Below, in pieces: positions 18,077-26,756 of a stretch of DNA of 64,000 nt. Both the position numbers and the translations under genes were made by a program. Every line of letters starts with the position of its first letter. Position 1 is the first letter of the stretch. Below the pieces are notes generated by a model. The model did no database searches. It was not told the origin of the DNA and saw nothing but the letters and a program-made list of their open reading frames with translations. Source of the stretch: Pseudomonadota bacterium (GTDB lineage: Bacteria; Pseudomonadota; Alphaproteobacteria; Rhizobiales; Beijerinckiaceae); assembly GCA_040756295.1 (NCBI GenBank), contig JBFLZN010000002.1, forward strand, positions 640,102 to 704,101, in the 5' to 3' direction.

Positions 18077-20059
18077 ATGCCGCTTTCACCTGAACCCGAT
18101 CACCAGGCCAATGCCGGCGCCAAGCCGCGGCTGGCGTTTCGCGTCGGCGTCACCGGCACGCAGGCTTTGCCCCCCGGCCGGCTCGTCGATCTCACCGCTA
18201 AGGTGAGAGCCGTGCTGCAGCACATTCACAGCGAGATCGCCGCGCTCGCCGATCATCCGGCGCTTGCGCAATATTATGCACGCGAAGGCAGTGCTTTGCA
18301 GCCGCCGCTTTTGCGGATCATCTCGCCGCTCGCGCGCGGCGCCGACCGGCTGGTCGCCAAGGAAGCGCTCGCGCTCGGCTATGCGCTGAATGTGCCGATG
18401 CCGTTTTCGCGCGACGAATATGAGCGCGATTTCAAACCGCCGAATGCGCCGCCGACGGCCGTGTCGGAAAACCTTGAAGAGTTTCGCGCGCTTTTCGCGC
18501 GCGCCGGCGACAATTGGATCGCGCTTGACGGTGACCGCGAAACAGCCGACGCCGCCTATGAGGCGGCCGGCGAATTCGTCGTGCGCAACAGCGATATTGT
18601 CATCGCCATCTGGGATGGCGGCCAGGGAAACGGGCGTGGCGGCACGCGGGATATCGTGCATTTTGCTGCGAAGGCCGGTGTTCCTGTCTGGTGGATCCAC
18701 GCGACGCAAGCCGTCGAGCCGCAATGGATCGCCGACATCCAGGACTTACGCGATCCGGTGATTGGGCCGAAGCCGCGAGACAAGCTCGACGCCTATCTGC
18801 GCCAGCAGATCCGGCCGCCGAAGCCGGTCTTGCGGGAACGCCATTCCTGGCTGTCTGCTTTGGCGTTCCCGCCCGCTGCGGCCGACGATCCCGCCGGCGA
18901 TTATTTCGCCGAGGCGCCGCTGCCGTCCTACGGCGTGTGGAAGCTTTACAGCCGTATGATGCTCTTTGCGTCGGGCTGCAAGCCGCCCTGGACGCCGCCG
19001 GTGAAGCCGCAGAACGAGCCCGGCGCCTACTGGTTTCAATTTTACGCGCCGGCCGATGCGCGCGCCGGCGAATATGCGACGCGCTATCGGTCGAGCTATG
19101 TCTGGGTTTTCCTGCTCGCGACCTGCTCGCTGTTGTTCGGTGCGCTCGCCAGCATGTTCCACGGCCGCGAGGTCGTGCTTTTCTCGATCCTCGGATTTGG
19201 CGTGACCGGCCGCGTCGCTGTTATCGTTTTCGCGATGGCCGAGCTCGTCGCCCTCGTCGCCATATTGACAATCGCGCTCATGGCCTTGCGCGACGACTGG
19301 CATGTGCGTTCGATCGAATATCGTCTGCTTGCCGAGCTTTGCCGCAAGCAACAGGTGCTGGCGCCGCTGGGGCGGGCGCTGTCTTTCGGTGCGGTCCAGC
19401 AGCTCGCGACGCTGATGCGGGACGGCGAGGCGGGTTCCCCGGCGCCGGGGCATGCTAGTCCGTCGGAGCTTGCGGCGGAGGGCGACCGGTCCGGCTGGGT
19501 CAGCTGGCTGTTCATGGCCTATCAGCGCGCCGCCTTGATGCCGCGCGGCACGATCGCCCATCTCTTCTTGCTCGGTGTCCGCAATCAAGACGTGTTGCAC
19601 GATCTTGTCGAAGAGCAGCTCGAATATCATAGTGGCCGCGCCAAAATGGCCGGCGGCGCGGCGAAGTTTTTTGAACATAACGGCGAGCGCATTTTCGGCA
19701 TCGTCCTCTTTTGCGTGTTCTTCAAAATCATCTTGACCTTGCTCGCGAGCTCGCCGCTGACGCCGCTCGACGATTGGGTGACGGCGACCCTCGGTCTTCT
19801 CGGCGTGATCCTGCCAGCTCTGTCCGCTGCGGCGGTCGGCATCGGCAGCTATGCGGAATGGCAGCTTCTGGCCGAGGAATCGAACCACATGCTCGAACTC
19901 TTGAAACTGGCGAAGCAGCGGATCGACCGCATCAATCTGAAGCGTCCGCTGGCCTCGCAGGATTTGGGCGCCGAGGCCGATGCCGTCGCCTCGCTGATGC
20001 TGCAGGATTTGGAAGGCTGGCAACGGCTGTTCCGCGTGAAAATCATCGAGACGCAATGA
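18077..20059 (+). CDS. SLOG (YspA/DprA/LOG-like) domain fused to two SLATT/DUF4231-like transmembrane modules
   Basis: FRVGVTG, SPLARGADRLVA, DIVIAIWDG....GGTRDIV (SLOG); AD..A..YA..YR + TM pair + W....IEYRLLAELCR; second EQLEYH + TM pair + LPALSAA, LM..DL..WQ.LF. Confidence 0.75.
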   Translation: MPLSPEPDHQANAGAKPRLAFRVGVTGTQALPPGRLVDLTAKVRAVLQHIHSEIAALADHPALAQYYAREGSALQPPLLRIISPLARGADRLVAKEALALGYALNVPMPFSRDEYERDFKPPNAPPTAVSENLEEFRALFARAGDNWIALDGDRETADAAYEAAGEFVVRNSDIVIAIWDGGQGNGRGGTRDIVHFAAKAGVPVWWIHATQAVEPQWIADIQDLRDPVIGPKPRDKLDAYLRQQIRPPKPVLRERHSWLSALAFPPAAADDPAGDYFAEAPLPSYGVWKLYSRMMLFASGCKPPWTPPVKPQNEPGAYWFQFYAPADARAGEYATRYRSSYVWVFLLATCSLLFGALASMFHGREVVLFSILGFGVTGRVAVIVFAMAELVALVAILTIALMALRDDWHVRSIEYRLLAELCRKQQVLAPLGRALSFGAVQQLATLMRDGEAGSPAPGHASPSELAAEGDRSGWVSWLFMAYQRAALMPRGTIAHLFLLGVRNQDVLHDLVEEQLEYHSGRAKMAGGAAKFFEHNGERIFGIVLFCVFFKIILTLLASSPLTPLDDWVTATLGLLGVILPALSAAAVGIGSYAEWQLLAEESNHMLELLKLAKQRIDRINLKRPLASQDLGAEADAVASLMLQDLEGWQRLFRVKIIETQ

Positions 20060-21927
20060 CCGGCGAAGCTCCTCCTCACGATGTCGGGGCGGCGCTTGAT
20101 CAAGTCTTTGCCGATCTTGCGGCCAATCGGCCGGAGGCCGGGATCGCCGCGCAATTGCGCAGCCTCGAAGCCTCCTGCCAGGCGCCGCTGCCGATCCGTG
20201 CGCGTTATCTGAATGCCCGCGGCCTGGTGATGAACCGCATGGGCCAGCGCAGCGAGGCGCTCGGCGACCTGCTCGAATCCGCCGCGCTCTACGCGCAAAT
20301 CGGCGACGCGGCGGGCGCCGCGCAAATTCTGCGGGCCATTGCGCTTGTCCATGCCTGGCGCAGCGATGCGCGCGAATCCGCGTTGGCACTTCTGCGTGCG
20401 ATCAGCGAGGCGAGCGACGACCGCGTCAATGTCGCTCTGTCGCTGTTCGAGGCTGGCCGGCTCGAAGTCGAGATCGGACGGCCGCGCGATGCCTATCGCT
20501 TTTTCGAACGCGGGCTTGCGATCGGTGCCGAGGCGCCGCCGCCGCTTGAGCGCGACCGCGCCCGGATCGGCGCCTTGCAGGCGCTTGTCGCGGCGCGCGA
20601 CATTGCCGCCGCGCAAGCCGCTGCGGCGGATTTGAATCTCGATCGTCTTGCGACACCGCGGCTGCAACATCTGGCGCGGATCGAGCGCGCGCGGATTGCT
20701 TTGGCGCAAAGCGATTTCGCCGTGGCGGACTCGATCCTCGCGGAGATCCGCGCCGGCCTGCCGGCAGACCCGGAAAAATTCGAACATGCCGAATATGCCC
20801 ACGCCGAAGCGGAATCGCTCTTCGCGCGCAAATCGTATCCCGACGCGCTGAAGACGATCGGCGCGGTCATCGCCCGTTATGCCGACGACAATCTGCCGGG
20901 GCGCGAGATCAGCGCCCGCTTGCTGGAAAGCCAGATTTTCGATGCGCTCGACCGTGCCGAGGAGGCTGATCGCACTTTGGCAGCGGCGTTACGGCGGGCG
21001 GTCGCGGCCAATCTGCCGGGCCATGCCGATACGGTGCGCGAGCGGCTTGCGGCGCGCGGCCGCTCGCAGAATGTTTGGGCGCCGGGACTGTCTTTGGCCT
21101 CATCCAATCTGAGTTCCGCCGATCGTTTCGTCCGCCGCAAGCCGCTTGGGGCCGGCGGCTTCGGTTCGGTCAGCCGTGCCTATGATCTCGAACTCGGCAC
21201 CGAGGTCGCGCTGAAGAACCTCCGTTTGAAGGCGATCTACGACAGCGCCGTGCTCACGGAACGGCGTCGCGCCGCGGAGATGGAAGTCGCCGCCGCCTCG
21301 CGCATCCAGCATCCGGGCGTCGGGCGCGTCTATGGATTGCTCGATGAGCCCGACGGCGATGCGCTGCTCGCCCGCGAACTCGTCGAAGGCCCGACCTTGC
21401 GCGAGGCGATGCAAACCAAGCTGCATCTTGCCGAGAAGATCGGCCTCATGGCGCAATTGGCGCATTGCCTGGCGGCGATCCACGCGGCGGGGATCGTCCA
21501 TCGCGATTTGAAGCCGGAGAATGTCGTGCTGCGCGACGGCGTCTCGCCGGTCATCATCGATTTCGGCATCAGCGCCATCGGCCATGTCTGGCAGAGCAAG
21601 GATGCGCCGAAGACGCTGAATTATGCGGCGCCGGAACAGACGAAAGCCGGCTGGGCGGACGCGCGCAGCGACATTTATGCGATGGGCGTCATCGCCTATG
21701 AGATTTTGCGAGGGTGCCTGCCGCCGCCCGCGCCCATGGGCCTCGCGTCGGTCTTTGATGGCCGCGGCAAAACCATCGACGGCGATTTGCGCGCGGCCGG
21801 CGCTCCCGCCGCCGTTGCGGGCCTCGTCGCGCAGATGCTGGCGGCATCGCCACGCCGGCGGCCGCAGGCGGCGCGCGACATTGCGCTGGCGCTGCAGACG
21901 GCGCTCGCCGACATCCGGACGGCTTGA
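20056..21927 (+). CDS. Hanks-type Ser/Thr kinase with N-terminal TPR-like helical domain
   Basis: LGAGGFGSV, VALK, HRDLKPEN, DFG, YAAPE, SDIYAMG; ATGA start/stop overlap with upstream gene. Confidence 0.9.
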   Translation: MTGEAPPHDVGAALDQVFADLAANRPEAGIAAQLRSLEASCQAPLPIRARYLNARGLVMNRMGQRSEALGDLLESAALYAQIGDAAGAAQILRAIALVHAWRSDARESALALLRAISEASDDRVNVALSLFEAGRLEVEIGRPRDAYRFFERGLAIGAEAPPPLERDRARIGALQALVAARDIAAAQAAAADLNLDRLATPRLQHLARIERARIALAQSDFAVADSILAEIRAGLPADPEKFEHAEYAHAEAESLFARKSYPDALKTIGAVIARYADDNLPGREISARLLESQIFDALDRAEEADRTLAAALRRAVAANLPGHADTVRERLAARGRSQNVWAPGLSLASSNLSSADRFVRRKPLGAGGFGSVSRAYDLELGTEVALKNLRLKAIYDSAVLTERRRAAEMEVAAASRIQHPGVGRVYGLLDEPDGDALLARELVEGPTLREAMQTKLHLAEKIGLMAQLAHCLAAIHAAGIVHRDLKPENVVLRDGVSPVIIDFGISAIGHVWQSKDAPKTLNYAAPEQTKAGWADARSDIYAMGVIAYEILRGCLPPPAPMGLASVFDGRGKTIDGDLRAAGAPAAVAGLVAQMLAASPRRRPQAARDIALALQTALADIRTA

Positions 21928-22003
21928 ATGCTCTATCGCGCCCGCCGCCGATTTTGCTAGAACGTGACCATTGCTGAGGCAGAACGGCATCGGGAGCCGA
22001 CGC

Positions 22004-23725
22004 TTGCTGACGATCAAGCATATCGATGGGCCGCTGGCCGGTCAGGAGCAGACGATCTCCGACGATCTCGGCCAGGTCACCATCGGTCGCGATCCCGACC
22101 GCTGCCAGATCGTCTATCCGCCGGAGAGCACGATCGTCGGGCGCGTGCATTGCGCGTTGCTGCATCAGCCTTCCGGCGATTGGGCGATTGAGACTTACGG
22201 CGATCATTATGTCGACGTTGACGGCGAGCCGGTCGAGGCGCGCCATGCGCTTTCCAGCGGCGCCAAAATCCGTCTCGGCCGCCGCGACGGACCAAGTTTT
22301 ACAGCGAGCGTCGCACGCGATGCGGCGAGCTCCGATCTCGGTGTCACCGGGGCTCAGCAAAAGCAGGTTTCGGTGCGCCACCTCATCCGCCGCGACGTGC
22401 GGATCGCGATGGGCGTGGTCGCTTTGGCGATCGTCGCCGGTCTTGGCACACTGTTTTACAACAAGGTGCAGAGCGACCGGATTCGCCAGCGGCTCGACCG
22501 TTCGGCCTTCCTTGTCGAAATCCGGCACCGGCCCGATGGCTGTCCGGATTGGGACGCGACCGCCTGGCCGGTCGGCCGCGATCTGCTTGTCACCAATGCG
22601 CATGTCGTCGACGAGGCGGGCAGCGGCACGATGCTGGTGCGCGCGCCCGGACCCGACGGCAAGGAATATGAAGTCATCGGTAGCGCCCTGCATCCGGGTT
22701 ACAAGGCTTTCACCGACTTCGTCCGCAAGCAGGATCTCGTCAAATGGGATGCCGGCCAGATCGAGACGCCGCCCACCGGCCTTGCCTATGATGTCGCGCT
22801 GTTGCGGGTCAAAGGGCCCTTGCCGGAGGATTCGATCCTGCCGCTCGCCGCCCGCAGCGATGTCGAATCCTTGTGGAAGGGGATGCAGATCGAGAGCGAG
22901 GGTTATCCCAGCCAGAATGTTGCTGGCGCAAGCGTGCTGGGTTGCGGCGCGACGCCGAAATACCGCGCCGGGGTGATCGAAAGCCTGACCGATTATTTCT
23001 CCTCGGCGCAGCAGGACCCGAAGGAAACGCTGCTCGTGACGCATAATATCCCGATCACCTGCGGGGCCAGCGGCAGCCCGGTCATCGGCGAGGATGGCAA
23101 AGTCGTTGCCGTCGTCAGCGCCTTCAGTTCGACCGGCGGCCAATGCACACCGAGCGCGGTGCTGATCAATTACGCGCAGCGCGCGGATATTGTCGCCGAT
23201 TTGATCGATGGCCGCGCCGAGGATGCGCTCAATCGCGATCGGCACTATTGGCTATCGCAATTGGCGATGCTGCATGCCGCGGGTTACGAGCCGGGCAACA
23301 AAATCTATATTCCGCTGATCCTGCGAGCCGACAAGGCGAGCGCGGGCGTGGATGCCCATGCCGAACCGGCGCTCGATCTTCGCGCGCCGGGAGTTCTCGC
23401 GGCAGATGCCAAGTTAGGCGCTAACTCCGGAGCGGCAACCGCAGTGACGCCGCTGACGCTCACCGCCGGCCAGCATTATGTGCTCGTCGCTTATGCGGAA
23501 GATGAGACGCCGATTGCGCTGACCTTGCGCGGCAAGAACGGCACCGCCGTCGCCTTCACCGATCCGCTGTCCGCAAACAGCGTCTGGTATCCGTCGCTGA
23601 CTTTTGCGCCGGCGGCCAATGGCCAATATCAGGCGACTGTCAGCGGCGCGACCGCAGGGATCAAATATATCCTGCGGCTTTATCGCTGGACGATACCCGC
23701 CCCGTCAGCCGAAACGCACCGATAG
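22004..23725 (+). CDS. FHA domain - TM - trypsin-like serine protease - C-terminal beta-sandwich (PPC-like)
   Basis: VTIGRDP..C...VGRVHC (FHA-like); TM IAMGVVALAIVAGLGTLFY; triad TNAHVV / YDVALL / CGASGSPV; GGGAG RBS before TTG 22004 (ORF open from 21971). Confidence 0.8.
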   Translation: MLTIKHIDGPLAGQEQTISDDLGQVTIGRDPDRCQIVYPPESTIVGRVHCALLHQPSGDWAIETYGDHYVDVDGEPVEARHALSSGAKIRLGRRDGPSFTASVARDAASSDLGVTGAQQKQVSVRHLIRRDVRIAMGVVALAIVAGLGTLFYNKVQSDRIRQRLDRSAFLVEIRHRPDGCPDWDATAWPVGRDLLVTNAHVVDEAGSGTMLVRAPGPDGKEYEVIGSALHPGYKAFTDFVRKQDLVKWDAGQIETPPTGLAYDVALLRVKGPLPEDSILPLAARSDVESLWKGMQIESEGYPSQNVAGASVLGCGATPKYRAGVIESLTDYFSSAQQDPKETLLVTHNIPITCGASGSPVIGEDGKVVAVVSAFSSTGGQCTPSAVLINYAQRADIVADLIDGRAEDALNRDRHYWLSQLAMLHAAGYEPGNKIYIPLILRADKASAGVDAHAEPALDLRAPGVLAADAKLGANSGAATAVTPLTLTAGQHYVLVAYAEDETPIALTLRGKNGTAVAFTDPLSANSVWYPSLTFAPAANGQYQATVSGATAGIKYILRLYRWTIPAPSAETHR

Positions 23726-23734
23726 GCAGCGCCC

Positions 23735-24001
23735 TTATTGGGGCGCGTGGCTCAGACCGGGATCCGACGCAGAGGTCGCATCCGTGGGCCATGGACGCGC
23801 GCTTTGCCCGGATTTGCCATCGCTCTGCGTCGGCGCCACCGGATTTTTTTGCGCTTGCTTGTCGGTCGGCGCGCTCGCCGACGTACTTGCCGACGCGCTT
23901 GCGCCGGTCTGCGTGGTTTGGGCGTGGCCGACGACCGGGACGCAAAGAAGCGCGACGGCTGCCGCCGCGGCGAGCGGTGAGAGAGAAAATCTTTTGCGCA
24001 T
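23735..24001 (-). CDS. Small secreted low-complexity protein (88 aa)
   Basis: MRKRFSLSPLAAAAAVALLCVPVVGHA signal peptide followed by Ser/Thr/Ala/Gln-rich disordered tail. Confidence 0.65.
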   Translation of the reverse strand: MRKRFSLSPLAAAAAVALLCVPVVGHAQTTQTGASASASTSASAPTDKQAQKNPVAPTQSDGKSGQSARPWPTDATSASDPGLSHAPQ

Positions 24002-24222
24002 GAAAATCATCCAACAATCTGGTTTGTACTTGCCCTTTAGCTGGCATTCGCCCCGACCCCCGTCAAGGCTGTGGCCAGCAAGAAAAAACTGTGGCCGTCG
24101 CGCAGCAAAGATGCGACGCGATCCCTGGGGCGATGCCAAATTGCCCCGCCGCAGGTGACGCACTCTCGTCTTACTTTGTCTGTTACGTCGCGCCGGTTTC
24201 ACTGAGCCTCGCAGGAGTTTCA

Positions 24223-25479
24223 ATGCGATTCCTTCCATATGCACTCACCACATTGCTTTTGTCGGCGCCGGCGTTTGATGTCGCCCGGGCACAATCAACC
24301 GATTGCGGCGTCACCGGTATCAGCGCGGAAGAGGCGCCGCCGCCCTTGCCGGACTACGACCAGCCGCCGGTTCCAGGGCCGGGCTATGTTTGGACGCCGG
24401 GTTATTGGGCTTGGAACAATGTTGATTACTATTGGGTGCCGGGCACGTGGGCCGAACCGCCGCAATCCGATCTCTTATGGACGCCGCCCTATTGGGGCTT
24501 TGCCGATGGCGCCTATGTCTTTCATCGCGGGTATTGGGGCCAGCATGTCGGCTTCTATGGCGGCGTCCCCTATGGCTACGGCTATACGGGCGACGGCTTC
24601 GAAGGGGGGCGCTGGGACCACGGCGCCTTTTACTACAACCGCTCGGTGACAAATCTGAACGGCGTGCAGATCACCAACGTCTATGACAAGACCGTCATCA
24701 TCAATAACAATACCCGTGTCAGCTATAACGGCGGAAGCGGCGGGCTGACGGTGCGGCCGACGCCGGCAGATGAGGCCTTCGCGCGCGAACCGCATGTGCC
24801 GCCGACGCGCCTGCAAACCGAGCATTTGCGTGCGGCGAGCGTGAACGGCTCCGGCTTTGCGTCGTCAAATCACGGCCGCCCCGCAGTCGCGGCGACGGCG
24901 CGGCCCGGCGAGTTCACTGGGCCGGGCGCGACACCCGCGCGTGCCGGCGAACGGCCGGACCATGGCGCCGGCGCGCCGGGCCAGACGCCGCCCGTGGGAA
25001 CGGAAAGACCGGCGGCCACACCGCCGGTGACGCCCGAACACGGTGAAGCGGCCGGGCGGCGCCCGGAGGCGCATGGCGGCGCGGCTGGCGTTCCGGCCAA
25101 CCCGAACCCTGCCGCGACGCCGGGCGAGAACCGGCGGCTGCACGAACAGGCGCCGGGCGCGATGGAGGGTGGCCCGGCGATGATGCGCATGAACGCAAAT
25201 CCGCACGCGCGGCCCGCGACACCCGAGCGGCCCGAGGCCCGCAAGCCGCCGGAGCGGCCGAATGCGCCTCCCGCAGGGGCCATGGCGCATCCCGGCTTCA
25301 GTGGCGGGCCCGCGATGCACGCTCCGGCGCATGCCGCGCCGGCCATGCACGAGGCGCCTCATGGCGCCCCGGCCATGCGTGAAGCGCCTCATGAAGCGCC
25401 TCATGGCGCGCCGGCGATGCATGCGCCACATCCGCCGCGCCCCGAGGGCGGCGGCCATCGCCCCGACGACAAGCGGTAA
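24223..25479 (+). CDS. YXWGXW repeat-containing exported protein
   Basis: AGGAG RBS; signal peptide; APPPLPDYDQPP.PG.GYVWTPGYWAW, YYWVPGTW, WTPPYWG, GYWG repeats; Pro/Ala/His-rich tail. Confidence 0.88.
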   Translation: MRFLPYALTTLLLSAPAFDVARAQSTDCGVTGISAEEAPPPLPDYDQPPVPGPGYVWTPGYWAWNNVDYYWVPGTWAEPPQSDLLWTPPYWGFADGAYVFHRGYWGQHVGFYGGVPYGYGYTGDGFEGGRWDHGAFYYNRSVTNLNGVQITNVYDKTVIINNNTRVSYNGGSGGLTVRPTPADEAFAREPHVPPTRLQTEHLRAASVNGSGFASSNHGRPAVAATARPGEFTGPGATPARAGERPDHGAGAPGQTPPVGTERPAATPPVTPEHGEAAGRRPEAHGGAAGVPANPNPAATPGENRRLHEQAPGAMEGGPAMMRMNANPHARPATPERPEARKPPERPNAPPAGAMAHPGFSGGPAMHAPAHAAPAMHEAPHGAPAMREAPHEAPHGAPAMHAPHPPRPEGGGHRPDDKR

Positions 25480-25501
25480 TTGCGCCGGCGATTACAGGCT
25501 G

Positions 25502-25528
25502 GGCCTCCGGAACTTGCCGCCGGAGGCC
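25502..25528 (+). terminator. Hairpin downstream of YXWGXW gene
   Basis: GGCCTCCGG-N9-CCGGAGGCC perfect 9-bp stem; no clear U-tract. Confidence 0.45.
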
Positions 25529-25588
25529 TAGCAAACCTCTTTCGCATCGCTAGCTATGGTGGGCACAAAGCACATCATGGAGCGTAAA

Positions 25589-26467
25589 ATGGTTCATCTC
25601 GACGCCGGCAAGTCAGGCACGTTCGCCATCGACGGCAAGGTCAAAGTCCATCGGCTCGGCTTTGGCGCGATGCGCGTCACCGGCCCCGGCATATGGGGAC
25701 CGCCGGAAGATCGCGCCGAGGCGCTTCGTACGTTGCGGCGGCTTCCGGAGCTTGGCGTCAATTTTATCGATACCGCCAATTCCTATGGTCCGGATGTCTC
25801 GGAAGAGCTGATCCGCGAGGCATTGCATCCCTATAAGGGGCTTTTTATCGCCACCAAGGGTGGTCTCGAGCGTCCGGGTCCGGATCGGTGGACGCCGAAC
25901 GGCAAGCCGGATTATCTGCGCGCCGAGGCGCATCGAAGCCTTAAAAAGCTTGGCGTCGAACGGATCGATCTTTGGCAATTGCACCGGATCGACCCTTCTA
26001 TCCCGCGCGAGGATCAATTCGCCGCGATCAAATCGCTGCTCGACGAGGGCGTCATCGCCCATGCCGGTTTGAGCGAGGTTTCCGTCGAGCAGATCAAGGC
26101 GGCGCAGAAAGTCTTCAAGGTCGCGACTGTTCAGAATCGTTATAATCTCGTCGACCGCGGCAGTGAGGATGTCCTCGACTATTGCGAGGCTGAGGGGATT
26201 GGCTTCATCCCCTGGTTCCCGCTAGCCGCCGGCAAGCTCACCGAAAGCGGCTCGGTGCTCGACAAGATCGCCAAGGCCCATGACCATGCGCCGAGCCAAG
26301 TGGCGCTCGCCTGGCTGTTGAAGCGCAGCCCCGTCATGCTGCCCATTCCCGGCACGTCGAAAGTCTCGCATCTCGAGGAGAACGTCTCTGCGGTCGAGAT
26401 CACGCTGTCCGACGAGGAATTCGCCGTGCTTGACCGCGCCGGCAAGGCGGAATCGGGCCGCAACTGA
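25589..26467 (+). CDS. Aldo/keto reductase
   Basis: [49 protein letters not shown]; start may be 25556. Confidence 0.93.
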   Translation: MVHLDAGKSGTFAIDGKVKVHRLGFGAMRVTGPGIWGPPEDRAEALRTLRRLPELGVNFIDTANSYGPDVSEELIREALHPYKGLFIATKGGLERPGPDRWTPNGKPDYLRAEAHRSLKKLGVERIDLWQLHRIDPSIPREDQFAAIKSLLDEGVIAHAGLSEVSVEQIKAAQKVFKVATVQNRYNLVDRGSEDVLDYCEAEGIGFIPWFPLAAGKLTESGSVLDKIAKAHDHAPSQVALAWLLKRSPVMLPIPGTSKVSHLEENVSAVEITLSDEEFAVLDRAGKAESGRN

Positions 26468-26756
26468 CAATCCGACGGATGACTTCGGCACCTTTTCGAA
26501 GTCATCCGTCTGCCTTGATGCGGTCAACTTGCCGTTGAAAGTTGCAACTCATCTTTGGCCGCGCTGACCGCCGTCCCGGCGGGAGCTGATTGCGCTCATG
26601 CGTGGCCTGATCATTGCTTCCTTGATTACAAATGTTTCACGAATGGCTCCGTACAGGCGCCGTTCATGCAGAAGGGATTAGACCGTCTTTTTAGAGAGGA
26701 ACCTCCCTCCCATCCTCTCTGGATTTCATTCTGTGCTCTGCGTGGTGTGAGAGTTC

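Noticed and set aside
10584-23725. Signalling island as a recently acquired mobile element or prophage
   Set aside because: No integrase, transposase, tRNA, att-like repeats or phage structural genes seen, and base composition looks host-like by eye (not computed)
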